Origin: Leucoraja ocellata
Taxonomy: Eukaryota
Direction: 5' to 3'
Length of the DNA stretch: 64,000 bases
NCBI GenBank assembly: GCA_036785375.1
Contig: JAWMAR010000070.1
Coordinates: forward strand, 4,526,001 to 4,590,000
The notes below the pieces were generated by a model that was given only the letters and a program-made list of their open reading frames with translations, had not been told where the DNA came from and searched no databases. Both the position numbers and the translations under genes were made by a program. This document shows, one piece after another, positions 1 through 14,000 of the stretch; the stretch's first letter is position 1, and each line of letters opens with the position of its first letter.

Positions 1-28
1 CAATTAAAGATTGACGTCACTCCAATGA

Positions 29-67
29 CTAGTCAAGTAAAATATCATGGACGCTTTTAAGTAAAGT
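29..67 (-). CDS. Gene A terminal exon (TLLKSVHDILLD*)
   Basis: Strong polypyrimidine acceptor ttccctcttgtgtttttccag|, phase 0, TAG stop. Confidence 0.65.
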   Translation of the reverse strand, partial: TLLKSVHDILLD

Positions 68-3000
68 CTGGAAAAACACAAGAGGGAAAATAAGGATTGC
101 AAGGATATGCTGATGTGCTTCCATGTACAGAGGTATTTGGAGGTTTGTGTATAGCATGGATACTGGGGAGGGCTGGTGGGGCTGAATGTCCTGTGTAGTC
201 CCCTAAAACCTGATTTTGAAAAGATTTAAACATTCAATGAATCCATATTTCATGTCCTTACCTGGGTTCCATTTGCCCTGTCTCTGCGTTGTGTGTTGCA
301 CTTGGATTCTGCAATATACAATGCTATTGTTGTAAGGACCATGTCAATGTACAGGCCATGTTTCAACATCTATGCGTTACATTCTGATACAGTTACATTC
401 TTATTTCAATGAGCGTCATCTGCTTTGATCTGCTCTTGTTCACGCCTTACATGCTCTTTGTACCCTTCCGTATCTCTAGTTTCCCTCTCCCCTGATTCTC
501 AGTCTGAAGGAGGATCTCCATCCGAAACGTCACCCATTCCTTCTCTCTGGTGATGCTGCCTGTCCCGTTGAATTACTCCGGCATTTTGTGTCTATCTTTT
601 GTGTAAATCAGCATCTACAATTTCTTCCAACAGAAACTATCAGCATCTCACTTCAAACCAACTTCATAGCTGTGATGCAACTTTTCCTCTCCATATTGAG
701 GCTGAGTTCCCGTCATGTGAAATAATAATAATAATTATTATTATTTTTTTAATTTTATTTTTATTAGAAGTACGGTAAATTACAATCCTACACAACACAT
801 ATATCTTAATACATTTTTTGTACCGCTTCATTTTTTTTTGAGCTTTAAGAAAAAGGTAGAAGTAAGGAAAGTAAAGAAAGTGCAAGAGAGTCGTGCAGTG
901 CAAGAGTGTAAGGAAAAGAAAGCCCCTTAGGAAAGAAGTTAGAGAAGGAAGTAAAGTGAGAAAATAAACCCTAGAAAAGAAAGAAAGAGAAAATAGAAAC
1001 AATCGCTCTATTATAACATTAAACTCCGCAGAAAGGAGACTACCAACCAAGTCTGTTTTTGTTATTTTACCTCCCGTTACCAGGTCCTGATTCCGCTTAT
1101 TTATATATTTGTTTTTTTTTAGATTACTATTGCACCTCATACTTGTAATAGGTCCAGAAACATAGACCACGTATTTTGGAATTGGTCTGCTTTACCTGCT
1201 AGGAGGAATCTCATCTCTTCCAGATGTAATGTTTCAAACATATTTGATATCCACATTTTTATTGTTGGTGTCGGCGCATTTTTCCAGAATTTAAGTATAA
1301 GCTTTTTTCCCATTATTAGCCCGTAATTAAATAAATTCTTCTGAAACACGTTTAATTCAGGGTTACCTTCCGATATTCCGAAGATAATCCATTCTGGTTT
1401 TGGTACCAGTTTTATTTTGATCAATTTTGAAAAAATATCAAATATTTCATACCAGAATTTTTGGATTTTTGTACAAAAAACAAAAGAGTGCGCTATGGTA
1501 GCTTCTTGACATAGGCATTTATCACAGATTGGTGAAACATTAGGGAAGATTTTATTTAATTTAGTTTTTGAATAATATAATCTATGTAATGTTTTAAATT
1601 GGATGAGCGTATGTCGTACGTTGATCGAACATTTATGCACCTGTAATAAATGATTATCCCAGGTCTCTTTTGAGATTTTTATAGCTAATTCTTGTTCCCA
1701 ATCTTTTCTAATTCCATCTGTTGTGGGTATTTCTATGTTTAAAATGATATTATATAGGTACGATATTAAATTAGCTGATTCCGCCGTGAAAGAATTAGAT
1801 TGAGCTCCTAGGGCTAACGGAATTAATGGGTGTGGGGAGAAAGCAGAAACGGGGTACTGACTTTGTATGATCAGCCATGATCATTTTCAATGGCGGTGCT
1901 GGCTTGAAGGGTCGAAAGGCTTATTCCTGCACCTATTTTCTATTGTCTATTTTCTATTTTTCTATGTGGAGTTAAGCAGTACTGTCACCCGGATGCAGTG
2001 GCGCTTCCATAGTTTTAACGCTCCATTAGGCTAGACAAGGACACCTAAACTCTGGTTCTTGGTTGACTGGAATAAATTCCAATGACTTCCCAGTTGGTCA
2101 AAAACTATCACATACAGCTTGAAGTTATGAAGAAAAAGTGGAATCTCACCCCTGTGTCTATTCCTTAGATACAATAGTAGGAAAGCGAAGACCACAACGA
2201 GCAGAACCCCGGTGCCACTGAGAACAATTATCAAAATAAGTCTGTTGGAGAGAAAAAGAAACAGTAATTTTCGGAATACAGCGGATTTTTAACTATTGTT
2301 AGAGAAGAAACATATATAATTTCTACGGCTCCTTGCAGAGCCTTGGAATATGGTTAGCCCAGTAAATGCATTTCGGCATTGTTGGGTTGTGGGAAATGCA
2401 AGGCAGGTGGCTTATGATCAGGTTTGGGGTTTGGTTTTGGTTTGTTATTGCCACATGTACAGATGAACCGTGAAACGTTTTGCTTTGCATGTTATGCCAT
2501 CTAATCAGAAAATACATTCATAAATCCAATCAAACCCAACCCGTGTGAATAGATGGAGCGAATTGAAAGATACAGAGTGCCTGGCCAACATTTGTTCTGT
2601 AACACAATGGTTGAACATCTTTAACAAATCCAGAAGAAGACATCCATTATGTTTTCAGGGCATTTAGTGTGCCTGTATGTGGCCACCACAGATGTCACCT
2701 TGAAGAATGCGGGCATTTCATCCATTTACCGTGATCGACATGAAAGCTTTGACCAACCTTTCAGGGTTGCGCTCACAAAGGATATCAAGGGCCAAGCCCT
2801 TAGCCATTCATTCACCAGGAACTTCCCCATCGGTGCCACGCCAGAGCAGGTCAAACAAAACATTGTTGGAGTTTGGCAAATACAGCCTTGGGTGAGGTGA
2901 GTGTGGGGCAGTCATTGTGACTACTGCACAGAACACGACCCGAGAAGAACATGATCTCATTTCCCAACAACATTCATAGCACAGCAGAGTGATACATACT

Positions 3001-6000
3001 GATGCTGCCACATCTATACATTTTCTGCACATATGTTGCCGGATCCGCAGAGTAACTCCACTATTTAGTGACCATCTTTGCTACAAACCAGCATCAGCGG
3101 CTCCGATTGATTCCATTTCCATTCTAATGAACTATGGTGAAAAATAGTGCTTGATTGTCTCGTTTTAATGCCAAAATAATTATTGCATAATTTGGGAGGC
3201 AATTTTGCCTTTGTATGGCCGGCTTCCAAGGGGTACTGGTGCTTCAGTTATACCGACGTCTAACGTCAGGTCCCATTGAAGTCAATAGGAATTCCTCCTC
3301 CCATTTATATCTTGCTCTCTTGAAGCATGGCTAATCGAATGATAAACGCTGTACCTTTCTGGGTAATGGACTTCACTGTTTTCCTCTTGGCGGTCGCTGG
3401 ATACATTTGAAAATGCAGAAGATGCACTTGTCATTTTTTCTGTTGTGGATGTTGCACAAGAATATGCATTGTCTGTTAAGACAAAAAATAAAATTCACTT
3501 TCACTTGATCTTCCCGGACAATCACGCCAGCGAGCATATTTGGCAGATGGGAAATCTTTACCTGGGGGAAGGGCTGATTCATTGCGGGTATAAGGAGATT
3601 TTTCCTCAGTGTAATTGGCCGTCTTTTGCATCAAACGAGAGAGGTTTCCAAATATGAGTGTCGCCCGCATTCACTGATCATTTCTGCTTTATTCCTATCC
3701 CTCTGTAGCGGGGACGCAGACATGCCGCTGGGACGGTGAAATTGTTTAGATTGGTGGCACTGCAAAGCATGTCTACTCGTGTGCTAGCACAAGGGAAATT
3801 TCCAACCAGGGAGCTAGCCTTGCTTATACTAGAAACGTGACCCAAGCTTCAATAGTGATCCAGATGACAGGTTTAAGATCGGGGGAGGGGGGAGGGGGGG
3901 TTAGTAGGATCCTGGGGGGGTGGGGGGGGGGGGGCACCTTTTCTGCCCAAATGGTGGTCGGTGTATAGAAAGATCTGCCAAAGGAGATAGTTGAGGCAAG
4001 TACGATCACGACGTTTAAATACATCTGGATAGATACATGGATAGGATAGGTGTAGAACGTTTTGCGCCAAACACAGGGAGGTGGGACTGGTGTGGATAAT
4101 AGGCGTCGGCAAGTTGGGCTGAAGGGCTTATTTCCACACTATATTTCTCCATGACACCGGGGCATATTGGATGAAGTATATTAACATCACTATCAACTAT
4201 ATCACTCGATCGCCATAATCACTATAAAAATAATGGATAGAGAAACATTGCATGCGCAGATTAAGCAATTGTCCACTGTCACTGGCTCCCGCCCACTCGT
4301 ATCTGGCTTTCTGAGCTGCCATAGTAACAAGACAACTGATCGATTGGCAAAGAATATTGAAATGTCCTAATGGGAATTATATTTTGAGGGCGGCACGGTG
4401 GCGCAGAGGTAAGTTGCTGCCTTACATCGCCAGAGACCCGGCTTCGATCATGTGTACATGTGCTGTCTGTATGCAGTTTATGCGTTCTCCAAGTGATCGC
4501 GTAGGTTTTCTCCGGGTGCACTTGTTTCTTCCCACATTCCAAATATGTGCAGGTTTGTAGGTTAATTAGCTTCTGTTAATTGTCCTTAGGGTGTATGATG
4601 GAACTGGTGTGCGGCTGGTTGTTGGTTGGCACTATCCCGATGGGCCGAATGGCCTGTTTCTATCCTGTATCTCTAAAGTAAACTTGCGTGGCTGGAGGTA
4701 GAATGTTAGCACCTTGAATTTTCGGATAAAGGGGCTATTTGGTGAACATTTGTCTGAAAGTTTACAAAATAATTTCTCATCTGTGACAGAAGTAATGGAT
4801 CCTTATAGTGACACTAACCACATACTTCCAAATTCTGTGAGAATTCCTCTCAACGTCAAGTCAACTCAAGTCTATTCGTCACATACACATACGAGATGTG
4901 CAGTGAAATGAAAAGTGGCAATGCTCGCGGACTTTGTGCAAAAAGACAAACAAACAAACAACCAAACAAACTACAAACAGAATCACATATTCTTCTACAT
5001 GTTAAATATTGTGGGGGGAAGAAAAAGGTTCAGTAAAGTTAGTCCCTGGTGAGATAGGAGTTTACAGTTCGAATGGACTCTGGGAAGAAACTCCTTCTCA
5101 ACCTCTCCGTTCTCACAGCATGGCAACGGATGCGTTTGCCTGACCGTAGCAGCTGGAACAGTCCGTTGCAGGGGTAGAAGGGTCTCCCATTATTTTATTG
5201 GCTCTGGAGTTGCTCTCGTCATGTATTTCCTCTCAGAATCATGTGGGGCCCTCAAAATCACCCCAATCCATCGTTTCCCATAACACCAAAACATCCCAGG
5301 AATCAAACTGACGATTCAGTCATACCCTCCAGCACTTACCATTCTTACCGAAATGCACCACATAACTGCAATTCTCTCCGGTGTTGGACACTGCCACAGT
5401 AACCATTTCACTGGACTCTGTCCCACGATTATTTGAGGCTTTGCAGTAATATTGATGGCTTTGTTGTTTGAAGTATTGACAACGTAGATCCAGGTTGTTG
5501 TTATTTGAGATCTTTAAGGTATTTTCATACCAGTTGTAGCTAATGGGAAGAGATCCCCGCTCAGACCTACAGGACACTGTCACTGAGCCTCCGACACAGG
5601 AGACATTGGCTGATGACAGAAATCCAAGCACAGGAACAGACACAGGTTCTGTGGGAAAGGAGCAAACAATGGATACAAAGTCAACAACTGAATATAAACG
5701 ACTCACCCATTCTGGCACCCTTGTACCTCGACTTGTGAAGAGGTACACGCGAACCTCGCGAACTTCGGTGCTCGCAATATGACCTCGGCCTTTACACAAG
5801 CGAGCCTGGACATCCTGGTTGCTAATCATTTAAGTCCCCTTCCCAATCCCATTCCACCCTTTATGTCCTTGGGTTCCTCCATTGCCAAAACTGTTTTGAA
5901 AGAGAAATAGCACCTTATATTCCCCTTGACAATCCGACAACGCAACGGTATGAACATTGTATTCACGGATTTCAAATAATACCTCACTATCGCCCCACCC

Positions 6001-9000
6001 CCATGCAACTCCCACCCTATCCTCGCCATCCTTCCATCATNNNNNNNNNNNNNNNNNNNNNNNNNNNNNNNNNNNNNNNNNNNNNNNNNNNNNNNNNNNN
6101 NNNNNNNNNNNNNNNNNNNNNNNNNNNNNNNNNNNNNNNNNNNNNNNNNNNNNNNNNNNNNNNNNNNNNNNNNNNNNNNNNNNNNNNNNNNNNNNNNNNN
6201 NNNNNNNNNNNNNNNNNNNNNNNNNNNNNNNNNNNNNNNNNNNNNNNNNNNNNNNNNNNNNNNNNNNNNNNNNNNNNNNNNNNNNNNNNNNNNNNNNNNN
6301 NNNNNNNNNNNNNNNNNNNNNNNNNNNNNNNNNNNNNNNNNNNNNNNNNNNNNNNNNNNNNNNNNNNNNNNNNNNNNNNNNNNNNNNNNNNNNNNNNNNN
6401 NNNNNNNNNNNNNNNNNNNNNNNNNNNNNNNNNNNNNNNNNNNNNNNNNNNNNNNNNNNNNNNNNNNNNNNNNNNNNNNNNNNNNNNNNNNNNNNNNNNN
6501 NNNNNNNNNNNNNNNNNNNNNNNCCCATCTCTCAATTCCAGCTTTCTCCTCCCTTATTCTATCTGCCTGAAGGAGGGTCACGACTCGAGTTGGTTTTGTC
6601 CATTCTCTCCACAGATGCTACCTGACCCGCTAAGTTATTCCAGCACTTATGGTTTTGTTCACGTGTCATACACCTGTCCAATGTTCGGTGGCTCTAGAGA
6701 GAGGCTATAGTTGTGCTTGGATTAAGCGAATTGTTGGGGGGGGGGGGGGGCGGTGGGTGGTCAGTGGTAAGTGGCTGATGGGGGTGGGGGCGCATTGATG
6801 GGACAGAGGGAGAGAGAGAGAGAGAGAGACCGCTGGGTGGGGAGGGAGTGACTGGCCCCTGCCCCAGGAGGACTGAACGCAGTCTGTTGAACTCACGGGA
6901 CTGATTCCCTGTTTATGATTCTTCAGGTATTCAGACCAGACCAATTGTTTCTCACTGATCTGTTCCCGTCGGATTATTAGTTTGAGTCGGAATGCAAACC
7001 TCTGACAGGGTGACATTTCACACAGTTCAGAAGCAGGGGGAATGTGTTGAGCATCCCACTTGAAGTGGGTGGCCGCTCAGTGGGACAGAGCCCGCACTGG
7101 GTGAGAGCAACATGAGTGGGGTTTCCCGACCCCCGCCCGCTCCCCGCAGGTCGCTGCACTGCTGCGGAGCCTCGGGATATCGGTGCTGCCCTGACCCTTC
7201 CCGGAGAAAACGTGGATCAGGCATTTCAGTGGAGACGTCAAGTCAATTGCTGTGAAACGTACCGGTAGATACTTGGAGATAAACGTTAAACAATGGATCG
7301 TAGCCAGATGCAGTAATTCCACAGCTGTACCATCCTGTTTCTCCAGAGCGAAGATCCTCCACAGTCACAGTAAATATTCCTCGTGCCGGGTTATCGGTGA
7401 TTGACGCTCTTCCACTCCGTCCGTGTTGCCCATTTGTTTCCAATAAAACTCTACACTGGCGGGTCCACCCTTGACACCAGTATTTTGTGTGTGAGCGGTA
7501 CTTTGCTTCATAGTGACAATCGATTGTGATCGCTCTTCCCACAACTCCTCTTACATGTTCCTTCCCCCACACCGCACCTGAAACTGAGAGGACAAATCTT
7601 CTGAAAATGAACAGGAGAAATCAGCCGAACATTCGGAATGATGAGGGGTGTGTTGGACAACATTCACCCCCGCACCAACACTGGACCAGATCATCCATCA
7701 CTGAATGGACTTGCCCTAGTTTCAATTGGAAACGTCTCTGCCATTTCCAACCTAGTGGTAGGAAACAACATCTCATATTTCCCGTCGGCAAATTACACCT
7801 CAATGGTATGAATATTGATATCTCTAACTTCAAGTAAACCTTACATCACCCCTCTGTCCATCCCTCCCCACCCAAGTTGCACCAGCTTCTTGTTGAATCT
7901 CATTGTCTGTAACTAGTTCTCACTTACCGCACAGCAATGGCCTGTTTCCTTTACCATTGTTACTTTTTTACATATCTTTCATTCATTTGTTCTATATCTC
8001 TCTAAACAACCGTCTATATCTCTCGTTTCCCTTTCCCCTGCCTCTCAGTCTGTAGTAGGGTCTAGATCTCTAAACGGCACATATTCCTTAGNNNNNNNNN
8101 NNNNNNNNNNNNNNNNNNNNNNNNNNNNNNNNNNNNNNNNNNNNNNNNNNNNNNNNNNNNNNNNNNNNNNNNNNNNNNNNNNNNNNNNNNNNNNNNNNNN
8201 NNNNNNNNNNNNNNNNNNNNNNNNNNNNNNNNNNNNNNNNNNNNNNNNNNNNNNNNNNNNNNNNNNNNNNNNNNNNNNNNNNNNNNNNNNNGTCTATCTT
8301 CCAAACCAACATTGTCTCTTCTGTCCCCTCAGCATTGCGGAGTGTCCTCGTCTGTCGCTCGTCACGCTGCTGGGAGCGGCATCCCGGTCTTAGGTGTCTG
8401 TTGGTGGCTTCCCAGAGGATCTCGCAGTTGTGAATGGAAGGAGACCACAGAGTACAATATTCAGCAAATTCATCACTTCAGCTACCAACTAAATGGCTCG
8501 TTTTAATGACCGAGTGAGAAAATACGTCCAGGAAAAGAAATGGGATTCTGGATAGTGATCCCCTCTCACTCACAATCGGTGTCACAACAGCTTCAGGATT
8601 AAGGCTGGGCCTTGCTGAATTAGACAAAAGCACAACAGAGGCAAAACGAAATGAGAAGTAAATGGTTACTTATTGCGACAGCGCCGTTGACCGACACTCT
8701 ACCCACGAGGATTAGAGAACTAAAAAAATAACGGCTAAATTATAAAACAAAACCTGCCGTGTTGTCTATTTGAGAATTTAAAGCGTAATTTACGTTCTGC
8801 TTTCAGTGAGAACAGAAGTGCAGTAACTAGATCTATGACAAAAGTATAGGGGCGCGTTTGCACTTTGATGTTATTTCTACTTGCGCGGGAGTGTGGCGAC
8901 TTTTCGGGTGATGGTCCTAGGAGGGACTAATTTAGGCAACTAATGAACAGCGCTCGCTCCCCCCTCTCCACCCCACCCCCCTCACCTTCCCTGTGCCCCC

Positions 9001-9679
9001 AGCACCCCCCCCCCCCCCCCCCCCCCCCACCGTGCAATCCCAACTGGATACATCGAAACACAGAAACGCAGAAAATAAGCGCAGGAGTAGGCCATTCGGC
9101 CCTTCGAGCCAGCCAGCACCGCCATGCAATATGATCATGACTGAGCATCTAAAATCACTATCCACGTTCCAGCTTTTTTTTTTAACCATATCCCTTGATT
9201 GCATTAGGCCTTCAAGCTAAATCTAATTCTCTCTTGAAAACAGCCACTGCCTTATGTGACAGAGAATTCCACAGATTCACAGCTCTCTGGGTGAAAATGT
9301 TTTTTTCTGATCTCAGTCCTAAGTGCCATAACGGTGCATATTGCTTCCTAGCAGTACCCCCCCCCCCCCCCCCCCCCCCCCGATCCCCGCACATTACCAG
9401 TTCTACACACCCGCGGGACAATTAGAATCGAACCCGGGTCTTTGGTGATTGTAAAGCAGCAACTCTACCACGGACCCACCGTGCCCTGCCGTAGAACAGT
9501 GTTGATACGAGAATGCCTGTCAATACAGTTCAGTTACATTCGCTGGGTATTTTATACATTTACCCTCCATATATGTCGGCCATCTCTGCTGTGAAAACTA
9601 ACACTGGTTATCAGAAGGCTCAGCTCTATCTCTGTCACTCACCGGGTAGAGAACAAACGATAAGAATTGGAATCCACAT
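29..9679 (-). CDS. Gene A: CD300/pIgR-like (MDIR-type) Ig receptor, 7 exons: 9679-9643 leader, 7583-7263 V, 5648-5340 C2, 3472-3355 stalk, 2241-2150 TM, 308-262 cyt1, 67-29 cyt2; 320 aa
   Basis: All introns are GT-AG, phases chain 1/1/1/2/1/0 and the total is 963 nt ending in TAG. Leader, V, stalk and cyt1 exon lengths (37, 321, 118, 47) equal those of gene B. Confidence 0.85.
262..308 (-). CDS. Gene A cytoplasmic exon 1 (ESKCNTQRRDRANGTQ)
   Basis: 47 nt, phase 1 to 0, same size and similar sequence to gene B 32679-32725. Confidence 0.8.
735..1785 (-). mobile_element. 5'-truncated L1-clade LINE (ORF2 C-terminal zinc knuckle plus 3' UTR and A-rich tail)
   Basis: ORF 1137-1640 has IQFKTLHRLY..CDKC..H..C..KFW (CCHC/zf-RVT region); upstream in-frame WEQELAIKISKETW; T-rich tail on plus strand near 743. 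Confidence 0.85.
2150..2241 (-). CDS. Gene A transmembrane exon (LILIIVLSGTGVLLVVVFAFLLLYLRNRHR), uncharged
   Basis: Hydrophobic span plus basic stop-transfer residues; ccaacag| acceptor and G|GTGAGA donor; phase 2 to 1. Confidence 0.88.
3355..3472 (-). CDS. Gene A Ser/Thr-rich stalk exon (DNAYSCATSTTEKMTS...HYPE)
   Basis: 118 nt, phase 1 to 2, same length and same Y-x-C-x-x-x-T-T start as the gene B stalk. Confidence 0.8.
4388..4683 (+). mobile_element. tRNA-derived SINE (chondrichthyan HE1-like family)
   Basis: GGCGGCACGGTGGCGCAG..GCTGCCTTACA..GACCCGGCTTCGATC A/B-box head; related copies near 14218, 16478, 18515, 35563 and on minus near 12210, 21680, 25620. Confidence 0.75.
4855..5210 (-). 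mobile_element. Rex1/Babar-like LINE 3' fragment
   Basis: TCAAG-repeat tail followed by sequence I recognise as the Rex1-type 3' end; not verified by search. Confidence 0.5.
5340..5648 (-). CDS. Gene A C2/I-set Ig exon
   Basis: EPVSVPVL..SVTVSCRSERGSLPISYNW..QYYCKASN; ttcccacag| acceptor, G|GTAAGT donor. Confidence 0.92.
6041..6523. other. Assembly gap (483 N)
   Basis: N run. Confidence 1.
7263..7583 (-). CDS. Gene A V-set Ig exon (CD300/pIgR type)
   Basis: ITIDCHY..KYWC..QC..SITDNPARGIFTVTVEDL..GWYSC; extra C-C' cysteine pair typical of CD300/pIgR/TREM domains; ctctcag| acceptor and G|GTACGT donor. Confidence 0.95.
8092..8291. other. Assembly gap (200 N)
   Basis: N run. Confidence 1.
9643..9679 (-). 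CDS. Gene A leader exon MWIPILIVCSLP
   Basis: 37-nt ATG...CCCG|GTGAGT exon, homologous to five other leaders in the window. Confidence 0.9.
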
Positions 9680-9736
9680 TGTTTTCTTCACGGAGACCAG
9701 TACAACGCGTGTCCGTCGCTCAGTCCGTGTAAGATG

Positions 9737-9762
9737 AATGGGGAAGAAGGAAGCAGGAAGCT
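9737..9762 (-). promoter_or_regulatory. Gene A putative Ets/PU.1 promoter element
   Basis: Minus strand CTTCCTGCTTCCTTCTTCCCC, about 60-80 nt upstream of the ATG; equivalent motif precedes every leader. Confidence 0.5.
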
Positions 9763-10609
9763 GGGTTGTGAACCCGCAAGTATGCCAAATATAAATATCA
9801 CACGTATGCACTTGACACCCTCTCAGCTCAATTTTGCAAATTCATCTCTTTGCATTTGCATTGCCTGTCGGAAATTGTTCGGTTTGGTTTAGTTTAGATA
9901 TGCAGCGCGGAAACCGGGCCTTCGGCCCACCGAGTCCACGCCGACCAGCGATTCCCCGCACATTACACATACGTTGTGTGCCGGGCTTGCTTCAGGTGCG
10001 GTAATTCGTGCGTCTGGTACCAAGGTTAGGACACGTTCTGCCTCGCCTGGAAAGATCCGACATATTCGCGGCTACCCAACTACGACAAGAGAAGGTAGTT
10101 GTGTTTCGAGGTTTCCACGCTGAAACAGTCGGCTGCTAGTGACATGTAAACCAATACAAGTCTTCTCATATTATAATAAGTCTCGCCCATGACAACAGGC
10201 TCCGCCTCCTCTCCAGGTTGTGTCCATACATGGTGAAAGTCTCTCCACCAAACATGCTGCGTGCGTGTTTCTCATGCAGCCAGTGTGTCAGGGGTGGTGG
10301 GCATGATCTAGTACAAGAGGCAACTCATGGGCCGAACCGTCTGAGGCCTTCAACCCTACATTGATATTAATAAACGGAAGCAAAAATAAAATAAAATGCT
10401 GGACGAACAGAGAAGGCCAGACAGCAGCTGTGAAGAGAAATGGACAGATGACTTTTCGGTTCGGAATCCTTCTTGAAGAGGAAGGGTTACGACCTGAAAT
10501 GTGTTCCACCCATTACACTCATGGATGTTACCTGCCCGCGTAGTTACTCTTTTCCCCCCCTCAGTTCCTAATATATTTGGCCTCTTGTGTCTCTCGCGAA
10601 ATAAACAGG

Positions 10610-11020
10610 ACCACAAGACATGGGACCATAAATAGGGCATTCGGCCCATCGAGTCATTCGATCATGGCTGATCTATTTTTTCATTCTCAACCCCATTTTG
10701 CTGCTTTCTCCCCATAACCCCTGATACCCGAACTAATCAAGAATTTATCAATAGCCGCCTTAACAATACCCAATGACTTGGCCTCCACCGGCGTCTGTGA
10801 TATTGAATTCCACAGGTTCACCGCGCTCTAGCTAAAGAAGTTCCTCCTCATCTCCATTCTAAAAGGATTGTCTTTATTCTGAGGCTGTGTCCCCTGGTCC
10901 TACACTCTCCCACTAGTGGAAACATCCTCTCTACATCCACTCTATCCAGGCCTTTCACTATTCGGGAATTTTCAATAAGGTCAATTGTTCAAATCTCCAG
11001 CGAGTGCAGGCCCAGTGCTG
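10610..11020 (-). mobile_element. CR1-clade LINE 3' fragment
   Basis: Minus-strand CR1 RT C-terminus and 3' UTR; related fragments near 9055-9320, 13440-13640, 20905-21238, 22370-22720, 32770-32990, 34326-34490. Confidence 0.7.
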
Positions 11021-14000
11021 ACAAACTGTTATACTCCCCACATCCATTCTACCTAGGCCTCGACACTCGCGTCTGTCCGCTGGTTTGGGGGACACCTCCA
11101 TTCATACCATGCACAGTCTGGGCCAGTCGTGTTTATCAAGGTCGGGCTGATCTACAGATTGTGAGGAGATGCCGCAACACCCAGCGGGATGCCTCACTGC
11201 GGGTGAAAATTCACCACAGTGGAATAGACGGGTAAAGAAACACGGCTGATTGCAGACCACAGACTTTAACTGACTGTGTGTTTCGACACTTCCTCAATTG
11301 TCAACAACAAGGTTAGCTTTGACCATGGACATCATTTCCATGTATGGCATTATGATTACGATTATGTTTAAGAAGGAACTGCAAATGCTGGAAAAATCGA
11401 AAGTAGACGAAAAATGCCGGAGATTATGATTATGATCATTTACATTTCTGGTGTTGGAGGCATTTTTCCAACACAATTTACATGAAGATAGTTGAGTTGA
11501 ATTTTAGTGTAGTTTACCGAGGTACAGTCAGCTGAAAGACAATGCATGATTACAATCGAGCCATCCACGGTTTACAGGTACACGACAAAGAGAATTACGG
11601 GAATAAGATTTAGATACAGCCAGTGAAGTCCAATCTAAGACAGTGAGAGGGTCTCCAATGCAATATATAGTAGTTCATGACTGCTCACTAGTCGTGGTGG
11701 GATGGCTCAGTCACAGCTCGGAAGACGTTGTCACTGAATCTAGAGGTGTGCGTTTTTACACTTGTTTACATGTTGCCCAACCGCAGAAAGACCCTGAAAT
11801 TCCACCCATCTTTCTTTCTCCAGAAATGCTGCCAGACCCGCTAAGTTACTCCAGCAGTTTGTGTCTATCTTCGGAATATACCAGCACTTGCAGTTCCTTT
11901 CTATGGTCTTTGTATGATTTTACATTTAAACGTTTCAGGGTCACTTGACTTGCGTACGTTTTTATCGCCCATTGCAGCCAGCAGACATCTTAACAGTATT
12001 TACTATTTTATAACTGTTCCAGAAAATGAACATAGTTTTTTTTTGTTAACAAATACTTGCTATAATTTAAGAACTTCAAGTTCAGACTGATTGAGTCTGT
12101 GGTTTTCCGCCCAGGCTTGCTACTGTCGACTTCCTCGTCTCAGCAGCACCAGTAAATTTAGATTTGAGTAACAACTGGGTGACTGATACAGATACACACT
12201 GATACAGAGCGGAAAGAGACCCTTCGGCCCACCGAGTCTGTGGTAATAGGGAGAACGTACACACTCCACACGGATAGTAACCGAGTTCAGGATCGAACCT
12301 GCGTCTCTGGCGCTGCACCGCTACCGCTCTATCACTGCGCCACTGTGCTTCCTCAGTTAATCAAAATATATATATTTAAAATCAGATTTATACATGGTCA
12401 TTATTACTGATAACTTATTTTAAATTGAACACAAGGTACTGGAGTAATTCAGCGGGTCAGGGCTAGAGAATATGGGTATAGCAACGTTTCGGGTCGGACT
12501 ATCCAGTACTTTGTGTGAACGCCTGATTCTATCGTCTACAGGGCCTTGTTTCTCCACTAGTTTTTTGTTGTTGTAAATTCCGGGTTTATTTCATAGCCAG
12601 AAGATCAAATCTTCTTCTGTTATGGTAGGATTTGAACCCATAATCAATTGTGGGATCACTGGCGCAGAACTCAACGCCAAGCCGTTATTTCTAATTTATT
12701 TAATTTCTTAATTTTAGATCAATTCTGATGTCCTCCATTTATGTTGAATCAGATTTGGAGAAGTGTCCTGACGCGAAATGCCTGAGACGCTGAGTTCCTC
12801 AATTAACTTGTTTGCTGATGAACATTAAAGAAACTGCATCGCACTAAGTCACAACTCAGTTATTGTCCATGTCCTTGACTGATTGCATCCTTTCGCCTGG
12901 AATCAAATGGTACACAATACAATAATAAATCCCTGTTGTCACCAAACCAGTATCTTCGAATCCAAAACTGCATTTTTTTTAAATCTGTCAAGTTTATGTC
13001 TTCCTTTCTTGAATTTACAATAAATATTTTCTACTTTATCAATTCCTATCCAACAACTTCCCTTTTTCATGTTTGTGTGTGTTCCTCTCGGTGCACCTGC
13101 AACGTTCTGTAAGAAACAAGCAGCTAGGTTGATTCACTGGAAAACAAAACCTGTAATAATGATTGAACAGTGTATCTTTAGACCCACAGAGAGGCGCAAC
13201 CTATACAGGTACAGTAATTTACCTCTTCTGATTTTTACCGGGAATGATGATCTATCAATACCACAAAAAAAAAATTACAAGCACTATTCCTCATCTCCAA
13301 TTAGACCCTTTACGTCTCTTGGCGTATATCTTGCATTTGTATTATCTGATTGTTCGATATCATTGATATAAATACAATGTACAGGCCTAGAGGTGAAACA
13401 TTTGGACAATCATAGTAATTCCACAGATTAACTACCATCTGATTTAAGAAGTTCCTCCTCGCCTCCTTTCTAAAAGAGCACCTTTAATTCTGAGGATATG
13501 ACCTCAGGTGCTAGACTCTCTCACCAATGGAAACATCCTTTCCACACCCACTCTATGCTTTTCATTATTCTGTAAGTTTCAATAAGGTCCCCCCTCAACC
13601 TTCTAAACTCTAGCGAGCACAGGCCCAGTGCTGTCAAACGCTGTCAATAGAGAATGCATAAAGATATCAGAGTCCATTTAACCACGAGAGTGCCAACATA
13701 ATGCTCACTGACAAGATTTATCTAATACTCAAAATTTGTCTCCCAGCCCTTACTTCTCAAGCCGAGCAAGCACTCTGTAAAGATTCATAGAATAGGAAAT
13801 AGGCAGCAGGAAGATTGATCATGAGACTAGGCCGAGCCTGCACAAAACATCTGGCCGGAAGAGTTTCACATTTCTGTTTCCTCAAACAAAATGATGTGCG
13901 GCTGATAGGAAACACATAAATACAGTAAAGAAATGTCAATGCGGTCAATAAATAGAAGAATTTATTTGACAGTCTACTCCAAAATAGAATTACGAATTAA

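Noticed and set aside
664-1170. 168-aa hydrophobic ORF
   Set aside because: Low-complexity L1 3' UTR and A/T tail
4388-4460. tRNA-like heads (also 14218, 18515, 35563)
   Set aside because: SINE heads, with no complete cloverleaf and followed by SINE body sequence
5826-6710. Long ORFs containing X runs (also 8062-8312)
   Set aside because: Artefacts of N gaps
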